Source: Deltaproteobacteria bacterium (GTDB lineage Bacteria > Myxococcota_A > UBA9160 > SMWR01). From it: a DNA stretch of 33,105 nucleotides. The stretch covers positions 1 to 33,105 of the forward strand of contig JAQBGU010000071.1 in assembly GCA_032128375.1 (NCBI GenBank), in the 5' to 3' direction. Positions 19,260 to 27,000 of the stretch are shown here, one piece after another. Position 1 is the stretch's first letter; every line of letters starts with the position of its first letter. The translations under genes were made by a program, and so were the position numbers. Under the pieces are notes generated by a model. That model saw only the letters and a program-made list of their open reading frames with translations. It did no database searches and was not told the origin of the DNA.

Positions 19260-20003
19260 TCAGGTCGTGACCGAGCCCCCGTTCAACTGGATGGTCTGTC
19301 CTGTCATCCAGCTGGCTTCGTCAGAAGCCAGATACACGCAGCAAGCGCCGATCTCGTCCGGATCTCCGGCACGACCCACGGGCACCGTCGACGCCACCAT
19401 CGGCAGCATCTCTTCGGGAATGTTGTTCATGACACCGAGTGCAATGCAGTTCACTGTGACGCCATCGCGCGCGATCTCGAGAGCGAGGTTGCGCATGAAG
19501 CCGAGCCCGCCGCCCTTGCCAGCCCCGTAGGCCGATACGCCGATCGGTGATCCGGCCGTTGCCGCTCCCGAGGAGATCGTAATCAGACGACCGAATCCGC
19601 GCTCGCACATACCATCAATCAACGCCTTGCAGCAGTTCAGAACCCCGTAGAGGTTTACGTCGATGTAGGGCGTCCAATCGGCAGGCTCGGTGTCGCGGAA
19701 CCGCGTCATCGCCATGTTGGCGGGTACGCCCGCGTTGTTGACGAGCACATCGATGGGACCGAACTCGGCCTCGATCGCGTTTGTGGCTGCGACGACGCCC
19801 GCGTAGTTCGCGACGTCGAATTCGAAGCCCGAGGCGCGTCCGCCCGCCGCGACGATGGCACAGACCGTTGTCGCCGCGCGATTGGCGTGCAGGTCGTTTA
19901 CCGCGACCGCCGCACCCTGGCGCGCGAGCTGACGTGCAATACCCGCGCCTACTCCCTGGCCGGCCCCGGTTACCAGAGCCACTCTTCCGGTCAATTCGAA
20001 CAT
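19260..20003 (-). CDS. FabG-like short-chain dehydrogenase/reductase
   Basis: TGAGQGVG, LVNNAG, YGAGK, MTGQTIQLNGG. ATG 20003 with GGAGG RBS. Confidence 0.92.
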   Translation of the reverse strand: MFELTGRVALVTGAGQGVGAGIARQLARQGAAVAVNDLHANRAATTVCAIVAAGGRASGFEFDVANYAGVVAATNAIEAEFGPIDVLVNNAGVPANMAMTRFRDTEPADWTPYIDVNLYGVLNCCKALIDGMCERGFGRLITISSGAATAGSPIGVSAYGAGKGGGLGFMRNLALEIARDGVTVNCIALGVMNNIPEEMLPMVASTVPVGRAGDPDEIGACCVYLASDEASWMTGQTIQLNGGSVTT

Positions 20004-20253
20004 GCATCCTCCGTCTGAATTTCCCGATGTCCGACGGGTTCGCATCCAGCCAGCGATCCCTGAGCGGGTTCGGGATCACGATCTCGGCGGCACGCTTTCG
20101 GGCAGCATGATAACGCGCGCTCCGCAGATTCCGGGAGATAGTCGTGGGCCCCCTCTGCTCGCGTGGTAGTCTGATCGCACGCATCGCATCGGCCCCATAG
20201 CATTGCACGGTGATCGACACAGGAGCACACCCAATGGGTGGAAGAGATGAGTG

Positions 20254-20331
20254 ATGGGTGATGAAAACCCGCTCCAAGGACAAGTCGCCCTCGTAACCGG
20301 AGCGACGCGGGGCATCGTAATGGCCAGGTAA
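20254..20331 (+). pseudogene. 5' stub of an SDR gene
   Basis: MGDENPLQGQVALVTGATRGI (start of a Rossmann TGxxxGIG motif), ending where the GTAATGG repeat array begins. Confidence 0.7.
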
Positions 20332-20365
20332 TGGTTGGGTAATGGCTGGGTAATGGCTAGGTAAT
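20317..20365 (+). repeat. 11-bp tandem array (GTAATGGYYRG x4.5) containing TAATG stop/start overlaps
   Basis: gtaatggccag gtaatggttgg gtaatggctgg gtaatggctag gtaat. Confidence 0.88.
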
Positions 20366-20427
20366 CGTCACGCAATTGAAAGTGACGCTGATGGACGCTC
20401 GCGCCACGGCAAGGGAGAGCTGAAGCG

Positions 20428-21369
20428 ATGGACGAGATGCTCATCTTCGGGGGCAGCGCCAGTCCGAAGTTGGCGGGCAATATCTGCGCCTACCTGGGCG
20501 TTCCGGTGGGTGCGGGCGAGGTATTGCGCTTTTCGGAGGGGAACCTTTTTGTTCGCATCCAGGAGAACGTGCGCGGCCGGCGTGTCTATCTGATCCAGTC
20601 GACAGCCTTTCCCACCAACGACAATTTCATGGAACTGCTGTTCTGGGTCGATGCCTTCAAGCGTGCCAGCGCCGATCAGGTGACGGTCGTGATGCCTTAT
20701 TTCAGCTACGCGAAAGGGGACAAGAAAGACGAGCCGCGTGTGTCGATTCGGGCTCGCGTCTGCGCGGACGCCATCGAAGTCACAGGTGCGGACCGCGTCG
20801 TAACGATGGACCTTCACGCGCCGCAGATAGCGGGCTTCTTCCGGATTCCCGCTGACGATCTCTACGCGATGCCGGTTCTGTGTGAAGCGATCCGGAAGCG
20901 AGAGCTTTCCGACCTCATCGTCGTTTCGCCCGACACCGGCTTCGTGAAGTCGGCGCGGCGCTATGCGACGCAGCTGGGGTGCTCGATCGCGATTGCGACC
21001 AAGGAGCGCAAGGCACACGACGAACGAGCGGAAGTGATGGAGTTGATTGGTAGTGTCGAGGGCAAGACTGCGCTGATCGTCGACGATTTCACGATCTCTG
21101 GCGGCACGCTGGCAGAGGCCGCGAAGGTTCTCATCGACAAAGGCGCCCAAAGCGTCCTCGCCGCGGTGACACACGGTGTGTTCACCGAAGGGTCGATGGA
21201 ACGGATCGAACAGAGCGCCATTGAGTGCCTGTTCGTCACGGATTCCATCGAGACTGCGCCCGTAGCATTCTGCGACAAGGTGGAGATCGTGTCAGTGGCG
21301 CCCCTGTTCGGCGAGGCGATTCGCCGTATTCACCAGCGAGAGAGCATCAGCGTGTTGTTTCCCGATTGA
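20428..21369 (+). CDS. prs: Ribose-phosphate pyrophosphokinase family (divergent paralogue)
   Basis: FSEGN..V.I.ENVRG, MELL..DAFKRASA, MDLHAPQIAGFF, VVSPDTG, VDDFTISGGTL, THGVF, VTDSI. Confidence 0.9.
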   Translation: MDEMLIFGGSASPKLAGNICAYLGVPVGAGEVLRFSEGNLFVRIQENVRGRRVYLIQSTAFPTNDNFMELLFWVDAFKRASADQVTVVMPYFSYAKGDKKDEPRVSIRARVCADAIEVTGADRVVTMDLHAPQIAGFFRIPADDLYAMPVLCEAIRKRELSDLIVVSPDTGFVKSARRYATQLGCSIAIATKERKAHDERAEVMELIGSVEGKTALIVDDFTISGGTLAEAAKVLIDKGAQSVLAAVTHGVFTEGSMERIEQSAIECLFVTDSIETAPVAFCDKVEIVSVAPLFGEAIRRIHQRESISVLFPD

Positions 21370-21386
21370 AATCCGACCGGGCGCGA

Positions 21387-23870
21387 TCAGGGCAGCTGCG
21401 AGCTGTCGAGCTCGATCATCTCGAGGTCGTCCCAGAACTTCCCGCCGCGGCCCATCGACCACAAGCCGGGAGATCCGGAGAAATAGGCAGCGTCTGCGGG
21501 TGCCAGGCAGTCGATCTGCCACGGCTCAGGCTCTGGCTCGTCCACGGCCCACAGCTTGGCGCGAAGTCGCGTACTCATTTCAGCGTCGAAGGCCTGGAAT
21601 CGGAATGCATACCAGGTGTCCGCTTTCGGCTGCACCGATGTCGTGGTGGCGCCCTGACACATGGCTTCGCCGCCGTCCGGGTGGTTGGCCAGGTGGAAGG
21701 GTTCGGTGCCGTTGTGTCGGAGACGGTAATAGCTGTCTGAAGACGGATAGTCGCTGTATAGGGTGACGCCGATGCCGGATGCGGCGCGCTTGATCAACAT
21801 GCGACCCCGGAACTCGTAGTCGAACCATTTGACGCTGTTCTGTGCCACGAAGTGCGAGTGGATATTCGTCCGCTTCGACGTAGTTCCGAATACGTGGTCG
21901 CCATCGGCGAGTTCGAAGACCGCAAAGTCGTCGCCTTCCGCGAGGGAGTTGCTGTTTCGGGTGTCGAGCCAGCCCGGCGGGTTCTCGCCCGCTGCGACGT
22001 CTTCGAAGTCGAACAGAAGCCGACCGAAGTCGCCAATCGGAGGCCGATCAGTGGGCGGCGTCTCTTGATCAGGATCGGGCTGAGGCTCTTCACCCGGATC
22101 AGGCTGAGGCTCTTCATCAGGATCAGGCTGAGGCTCTTCATCGGGCGGCGGCTGTTCCGCGGGCGGGGGCGGCAATAGCGTTCCTCTACATATGCCAGCG
22201 CCGCACGAATCATTCAGCGTATCGATGTCTGCGTCATCGCAATGGCTGCCGTCCGGCATCGGCTCGGACTCGCAACCGCGTGTCGGATCGCAGCGACCGA
22301 TCAGGCAGGCGCCCGGGTCGGGACAGGCGAGCGCCGCACCCGCGGTACACACGCCGTCGAAGCAGGTGTCAGCGGTGGTACAGAAATCGCCCACACCGCA
22401 TACGGTGCCGTTGGCGATCGGCTCGATTGCACAGCCGGCGGATGCGTCGCATGTCGTTACCCGACAGGCCCCCGGATCAGCGCACTCCAGTGGCGAGCCA
22501 TCGAAGCAAGCTCCGTCGACACAGCGCTCCACTCCCGTGCAGGCGTCCGCGTCGCCGCAGTCCGCATCGGACACACACTCCGGCACGTCGGCCGGCGGAA
22601 TTTCGCTCGCGGGCTGCAGAGGAACCACCGCGAGGTCGTCCCAATACTTCTCACCCGATCCCATCGACCACACACCCGGTGCTCCACCCAAGCGCCGGGT
22701 GGCGCTGGCATCCAGGCAGTCTGCCAGCCAGTTCCCGGGCTCCGCGCTGCCTTCCGACCAGACCTTGGCCTGCAGACGCGTCCCCTCGCCAGCGTCGAAA
22801 GCCCGGAATCGGAAGCTGTACCAGACATTGGCGGCCGGTGAGACGCCCGTCTCTGTGTCGCCCACACAGGCGTCGAGGTCGCCGCCGTGAAGCGCGAAGT
22901 GAAACGACCCCGAATCGAAACGACGCAGTCGGTAGTAGGCGTCGGCACGTGGATAGTCGCTATACAGGGTGATTCCGATTCCCGCTGTCGCATTCGCCAC
23001 ACGCATACGCCCGTTGACTTCGTAACCGGACCAGCGGTCGCTATTTGCGATGAAGTGCGAGTGGATGTTGGTCGACTCCGACCTCGTTGTGAACACCTTG
23101 TTGCCGTCCGACAACGCCATGACGTCGAACAGGTTGGCCTCGCTGAGCGAGTTGAATGCCCCCGTGTCGAACCAGCCCGGCGGGTCCTGGCCGATTTCCG
23201 TGAGATCGAACGACAGCGTGATGGGCTCGGGGCTCGTGTAGTCGGTCGGTACGCGTGCCTCCACGACATTGCCGTAGCAGGCGCCCGCTTCACAGCGGTC
23301 GCCTTCGGTAGTCGCGTCGCCGTCATTACACACGGTTCCGTTTGGCACAGGATCAGCCGCGCAACCGCTCACAGGGTCGCAGCGACCGACGTTGCACGGA
23401 TCGGAATTGCCGCACTGAAGCGGCGTACCGACGCTGCAGAACCCGAGGTTGCAGCGCTCTTCGCCGTTGCAGGCGGTGCCGTCGTAGCAGTCCGAATCGG
23501 ATGTGCAGGACTCAGGCAGATCGCGAAACAGCTGATTGGAGGGCGGCGATGCGCGGCCGGCTCCGTCGTAGGCGGTCATCACCACCCACGCAGGACCGCT
23601 GATCAGATTCTCGAGCGGGTGACTCGCTATGCCTGCGATCACCGTGAAGTCGCTGCCGATATCGACAATCCGATCGACTTGCCCGGCTGCGAAGAAGCCG
23701 GATTCGGATCCGACGAAGAGCTTGTAGCCCACGACGCCAGCGCTCGTTGAGGGTAACCAGCGGAGCGACTCTGCTGCGGCCGGGCGCCCGCCGAGGCTGA
23801 GTACTCCGAGCCCGATGAGTGTTGCGAGACACAAGAACCGACGGATGGAGACGCCGAGAGAAATTTTCAT
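21387..23870 (-). CDS. Large secreted multidomain protein: FN3-like domain, Cys-rich repeats and two homologous beta-sandwich domains
   Basis: Signal peptide from ATG 23870 (MKISLG...PAAA|E). FN3-like LRW...GYKLFVG...TAYD..G..S..SN. CDDG/CNG.E.C repeat blocks. Two ~190-200 aa internal homologues (PPGW.DT...TNIHSHF...GITLYSDYP..D.YYRLR...WY.FRF.AFD...TRL.AK.W...PG.WSMG.G.K.WDDL). Confidence 0.88.
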   Translation of the reverse strand: MKISLGVSIRRFLCLATLIGLGVLSLGGRPAAAESLRWLPSTSAGVVGYKLFVGSESGFFAAGQVDRIVDIGSDFTVIAGIASHPLENLISGPAWVVMTAYDGAGRASPPSNQLFRDLPESCTSDSDCYDGTACNGEERCNLGFCSVGTPLQCGNSDPCNVGRCDPVSGCAADPVPNGTVCNDGDATTEGDRCEAGACYGNVVEARVPTDYTSPEPITLSFDLTEIGQDPPGWFDTGAFNSLSEANLFDVMALSDGNKVFTTRSESTNIHSHFIANSDRWSGYEVNGRMRVANATAGIGITLYSDYPRADAYYRLRRFDSGSFHFALHGGDLDACVGDTETGVSPAANVWYSFRFRAFDAGEGTRLQAKVWSEGSAEPGNWLADCLDASATRRLGGAPGVWSMGSGEKYWDDLAVVPLQPASEIPPADVPECVSDADCGDADACTGVERCVDGACFDGSPLECADPGACRVTTCDASAGCAIEPIANGTVCGVGDFCTTADTCFDGVCTAGAALACPDPGACLIGRCDPTRGCESEPMPDGSHCDDADIDTLNDSCGAGICRGTLLPPPPAEQPPPDEEPQPDPDEEPQPDPGEEPQPDPDQETPPTDRPPIGDFGRLLFDFEDVAAGENPPGWLDTRNSNSLAEGDDFAVFELADGDHVFGTTSKRTNIHSHFVAQNSVKWFDYEFRGRMLIKRAASGIGVTLYSDYPSSDSYYRLRHNGTEPFHLANHPDGGEAMCQGATTTSVQPKADTWYAFRFQAFDAEMSTRLRAKLWAVDEPEPEPWQIDCLAPADAAYFSGSPGLWSMGRGGKFWDDLEMIELDSSQLP
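22068..22145 (-). repeat. 24-bp coding repeats (EEPQPDP(D/G) linker x3)
   Basis: atcaggatcgggctgaggctcttc / acccggatcaggctgaggctcttc / atcaggatcaggctgaggctcttc. Confidence 0.9.
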
Positions 23871-24122
23871 GGTGCTTGATGTATCGGTGACAAACGATCC
23901 GGCTCGGTGATCGGGGTCACCCGTGGGCGAATTCGCGTTCGCTACCGGCGGGGCAGGCACTCGCTGCCGGGCGCCTGCTGATGCGTTGCCGAATTTGGAC
24001 AACGCCGCAAAAGCATTCTGCTCAGCCGGGGAATCCTCCCCCGGCGGGTCCGCGGTTTTGGCCTACGCGGTACCGGCATGGGGACTGGGTAGAAGCAGCC
24101 AATGCCTTGTGGAGGGAAACAG
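23859..24122 (-). repeat. Copy 1 of a ~265-bp duplicated upstream region, including the first 4 codons of the secreted-protein gene
   Basis: Aligns by eye end to end with 26734-27000. Shared blocks include ggggtcacccgtgggcgaattcgcg, ctgctgatgcgttgccgaatttggaca, agcattctgctcag and tagaagcagccaatgccttgtggagggaaacag. Confidence 0.92.
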
Positions 24123-24238
24123 CACACAGAGGGTGAAGGAGCCGCCGCTCTCAGTTCTCTAGTTCAACAGGTTCTGGGACATCCCCGTCTGAAGAGCCCA
24201 TTATTCCAGCCGGCCAACCACAAATGGGTTGAGCGCGA

Positions 24239-24607
24239 TTACGGTTGGGTGACCTTCACCTTGATCCATTCCGCTGCTTGCTTGAGGTCCGCATTGGCAA
24301 ACTTGATTTCTACCTGCCGGCCCGATTGTAGATCCGAAAAACTGCCAGCTACGTTGCTTGCCTCGAGGGCGGTCCGATCCAGCCAGATATGGGTATCGCG
24401 TCCAATTTTGATATTGTGGCCATCCGCCATGATGGTTCGTTCCTGTTCATTGACGCTCTCAATCTTGCCCATATAGGTATGTTTTGATGACAGTCCAGGC
24501 GACTCGCCGATGGGGATGAATATTTCGGTTGCCTTCTGGGCGTATGCAAGCGAGATGTTGCCAAGCAACAGGAGCGTCAAACTTCCCAACAAAGATATCG
24601 TACGCAT
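24239..24607 (-). CDS. Small exported beta-rich (OB-fold-like) protein, unknown function
   Basis: GGAGG RBS, ATG 24607, signal peptide ending AYA|Q. GKIESVN..RTI...I.I...T.I...DL..G..VEI...AEWIKV pattern. Confidence 0.8.
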   Translation of the reverse strand: MRTISLLGSLTLLLLGNISLAYAQKATEIFIPIGESPGLSSKHTYMGKIESVNEQERTIMADGHNIKIGRDTHIWLDRTALEASNVAGSFSDLQSGRQVEIKFANADLKQAAEWIKVKVTQP

Positions 24608-24645
24608 AGCTGTTTTCCTCCGTGGCATCGCCAGGCTATCTGACG

Positions 24646-26019
24646 TCATTGGATCATCTCCGCGCGCGCCAACGCTAGTTCGCGGATGGCCGCTCTAGCG
24701 TGGCTACGCCGAAAAAACCAAGTACGTGACGCGCATCGGGCCTGATGTTTGGCTTCCTTCAAATGCGCCACTGCCTGGGGGTGCAGGCCGCCACCCATCA
24801 ACACGCCAATGCCGTCCTGGGTATCGGCAGCCGCCAGACCGAGCAGTTCCTTGGCCCTCGCGCCACGCGATCGATTGCTTTGTTCCAGGGTTTCGATGCT
24901 TGCGCGGATGTTCTCGAGCGTGTTGATCACGCGAAGGAAAGCCGCAATGGCCACGATCTGGGTGCCGTCCAATTCGATGCCGCCACCTGTGGCATCGGCC
25001 AAAAGCTGGCCCGCCGGCGAGTTGTTGAAGGATTCGCCGTCGTAAAAGCCAACCGCTCCTTCAATGGTTTCAATCGAATTGTCATGAAAGAATGGGCCCG
25101 TGTCAGCAGCCTCCACTAGCGGGGGGGTATTGAACGTGCCATCACCCGGCGTGCCGAGTCCATCATCAGGCGGGACGAATTCGCCAGTCAGGTCGGCCGG
25201 TTGATCGGGTAGATCCTCGACACCCGTGTCGAAGTTCAGGTTACCCGCATCGGGGCCGAATATATTCGGGTCCCCGTTAGCACCCGCGTTGAAATGGCAG
25301 GCATTGCATTTGCCAAGCGTGTTGTCCAGAAAGATTTCCTGTCCGCGCCTGGCAACCGTACCTTTCAATGCGAGCGGTAAGGTTAGATCTTGCTGGCGTC
25401 CTAGCGATAGCTGGAAGGCTTCCAGCGCATCGAGCTCCTCGTCGCTCGGCAGCCGAAAGTCGACGTTCGGCACGCGATTCAGAGTCTTCGTAAAGTGTTG
25501 AATGACTGCACCGGTGGCAAACGATCGCAGTGAGCCGTCGCCCGGTGCACCATCGCCCGACCAGCCCGTGCGGGGTCCTGCCGCACTGTCTATCGAGACG
25601 CGCAGGCCGAGCGTGTGGGGTACGCCGCGAAGATTGAAGTCATTCGCCAAGTCGTCAAACCCGTCCTGATTCTCGAGAATGAGCCCAAATTCGCGCATCA
25701 GCTTGGGCCGCTCGAGGTCTTTCAGCGCAGGGTCAAATTCCGCCACGAACAAAGGATCATCGTCTGGGAGCGTGGCGATGAAGGCCGGCTCTATCGCGAA
25801 GTTGTTGTCTTCACGGTGGCAAGTGCCGCAGGTTCGACCATTACCGTCGAACGTCTCATCGAAGAACAAGCCCCTGCCTTTCGCGATGATGGCTTGATCT
25901 GGGTCGGGCGGCGGCACCGAATGACAGCTCGTCAATGCTTGCAACCCCGACAACAGAACGACTATCAGGGTGATCGGGGAGAGCCCAGGGTTTCCCTGTG
26001 CGTACACGTGACTAGCCAT
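24646..26019 (-). CDS. Di-heme cytochrome c peroxidase/MauG superfamily lipoprotein
   Basis: Lipobox-like LTSC, two CxxCH motifs (CGTCH, CNACH), G..LFFD, RRG..IF...GKC, FNTPPL..AADTGPFFHD, AVGFY. GGAGG RBS. Confidence 0.85.
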   Translation of the reverse strand: MASHVYAQGNPGLSPITLIVVLLSGLQALTSCHSVPPPDPDQAIIAKGRGLFFDETFDGNGRTCGTCHREDNNFAIEPAFIATLPDDDPLFVAEFDPALKDLERPKLMREFGLILENQDGFDDLANDFNLRGVPHTLGLRVSIDSAAGPRTGWSGDGAPGDGSLRSFATGAVIQHFTKTLNRVPNVDFRLPSDEELDALEAFQLSLGRQQDLTLPLALKGTVARRGQEIFLDNTLGKCNACHFNAGANGDPNIFGPDAGNLNFDTGVEDLPDQPADLTGEFVPPDDGLGTPGDGTFNTPPLVEAADTGPFFHDNSIETIEGAVGFYDGESFNNSPAGQLLADATGGGIELDGTQIVAIAAFLRVINTLENIRASIETLEQSNRSRGARAKELLGLAAADTQDGIGVLMGGGLHPQAVAHLKEAKHQARCASRTWFFRRSHARAAIRELALARAEMIQ

Positions 26020-26074
26020 AACGCCTCCATGCTGTGCTGATTAGCTTCCTCGCGAGGCGGCCCGCGCCGTGGTT

Positions 26075-26337
26075 CTACGATTTGACTCGCGCGAATGTCT
26101 CGCGCCAATTGGGCAACGTCGGGGTTTGACGACATGCGTGCCAAGCCAACACGAGCCGTTCAGCGCCTGCGTCCGCGCGCGTACGAATCGCCTGTTTGGC
26201 AATATCGGGTCGCCCGGACAGACGATTTGCGGCCGAAAAGGCGTCACGATGCCCGCTCCCTGCAGCGGCCAAAGCATCGACGTCGCACGAGTCCTGAGCA
26301 CCGGTCAGGACCGCAAGACCGCAGACGCGATCATCCC
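26075..26337 (-). pseudogene. Possible 3' remnant of an LLM-class (luciferase-like) oxidoreductase
   Basis: LSGRPDIAKQAIRTRADAGAERLVL resembles the LLM C-terminal GTP..V...I..YA.AG...L.L motif. Degraded. Confidence 0.3.
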
Positions 26338-26733
26338 AGCCTGATTCGCTCGATAGCTCGTCCGTCCGCCATGACGTGCTATCTCGCGACTCACCGTCGA
26401 CGGCGCTCGCTGGATCGCGGCTGCGATCGTTCGCATCGAATCGCATCGCATCGCCCTTCGCAATTCCGCGCGAGATCTCCTCGCGCTCAGACAGACTCCA
26501 ACCGTGAGCGCCGCCGGCTGTGCGGCGCGATGGCGCCTTCGGATGACACAGCGCCGCGGATCGAGGCCGGAAACTTCCCAAGTGCTCGAGCGATATCGTT
26601 TAGCGACTGGCCGCTCTTCCATCGGTTCCAGAGATCGGCTCTCTGTGAACTGGAGAGTGCCCGTCCGACCCTCTGCGCCATCCCCCTTTCTCAATGGAAA
26701 GAGAGGGTGTTGCATCGACCCATTGGATCTACC
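26338..26733 (-). mobile_element. IS30-family element, left end plus frameshifted transposase N-terminus
   Basis: IRL-like GGTAGATCCAATGGGTCGATGCAACAC (26733-26707). ATG 26681 gives LWNRWKSGQSLNDIARALGK, then SLSEREEISRGIA and MRTIAAAIQRAPSTVSREIARHGGR..YRA in three frames. One shift is caused by a 5-bp TCGCA expansion at 26431-26454. Confidence 0.88.
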
Positions 26734-27000
26734 AGAAATTTTCATGCTGCTTGTTGTATCGGTCACGAACGATCCGACTCAGTGATGGGGGTCACCCGTG
26801 GGCGAATTCGCGATCGCTAGGCGGGGCAGGCACTCGCCGCCGGGCACCTGCTGATGCGTTGCCGAATTTGGACAGTGCGGCAAGAGCATTCTGCTCAGTC
26901 GAGGCGTCCTCCCCAAACTGGTCCGCGGTACCGGAATGGCGGCATGGGGTATGGCATGGGGAATGGATAGAAGCAGCCAATGCCTTGTGGAGGGAAACAG
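26734..27000 (-). repeat. Copy 2 of the duplicated upstream region; ATG AAA ATT TCT directly abuts the IS30 end
   Basis: See copy 1. Similarity stops exactly at the IS30 IRL. Confidence 0.92.

Noticed and set aside
21387..21480. PEP-CTERM/MYXO-CTERM sorting signal on the large secreted protein
   Set aside because: The C-terminus ends in the beta-domain (WDDLEMIELDSSQLP) with no TM helix or basic tail.
23975..23992. Sigma54 promoter (minus strand cGGCAACGCATCAGCa, GG-N10-GC)
   Set aside because: The spacing fits but it lacks TGGCAC and TTGC context, overlaps the palindrome, and such matches are common at this GC content.
23871..24002. N-terminal extension of the secreted protein, and similar extensions given for ORFs starting at 669, 3429, 4456, 4512, 10857, 11821, 14188, 19160, 20045 and 24649
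   Set aside because: Downstream starts have an RBS, a signal peptide or a family-typical N-terminus. The 23871-24002 stretch has an indel relative to its duplicate, consistent with non-coding DNA.
23859..24122. Known riboswitch (c-di-GMP, cobalamin, TPP, SAM) in the duplicated leader
   Set aside because: I could not find their conserved cores on either strand. An Rfam search is needed to be definitive.
1350..26733. The two IS30 fragments as ends of a composite transposon or one split element
   Set aside because: They cover non-adjacent parts of the transposase on opposite strands, only one IR is visible, and no target duplication can be found. A common origin cannot be shown from the sequence.
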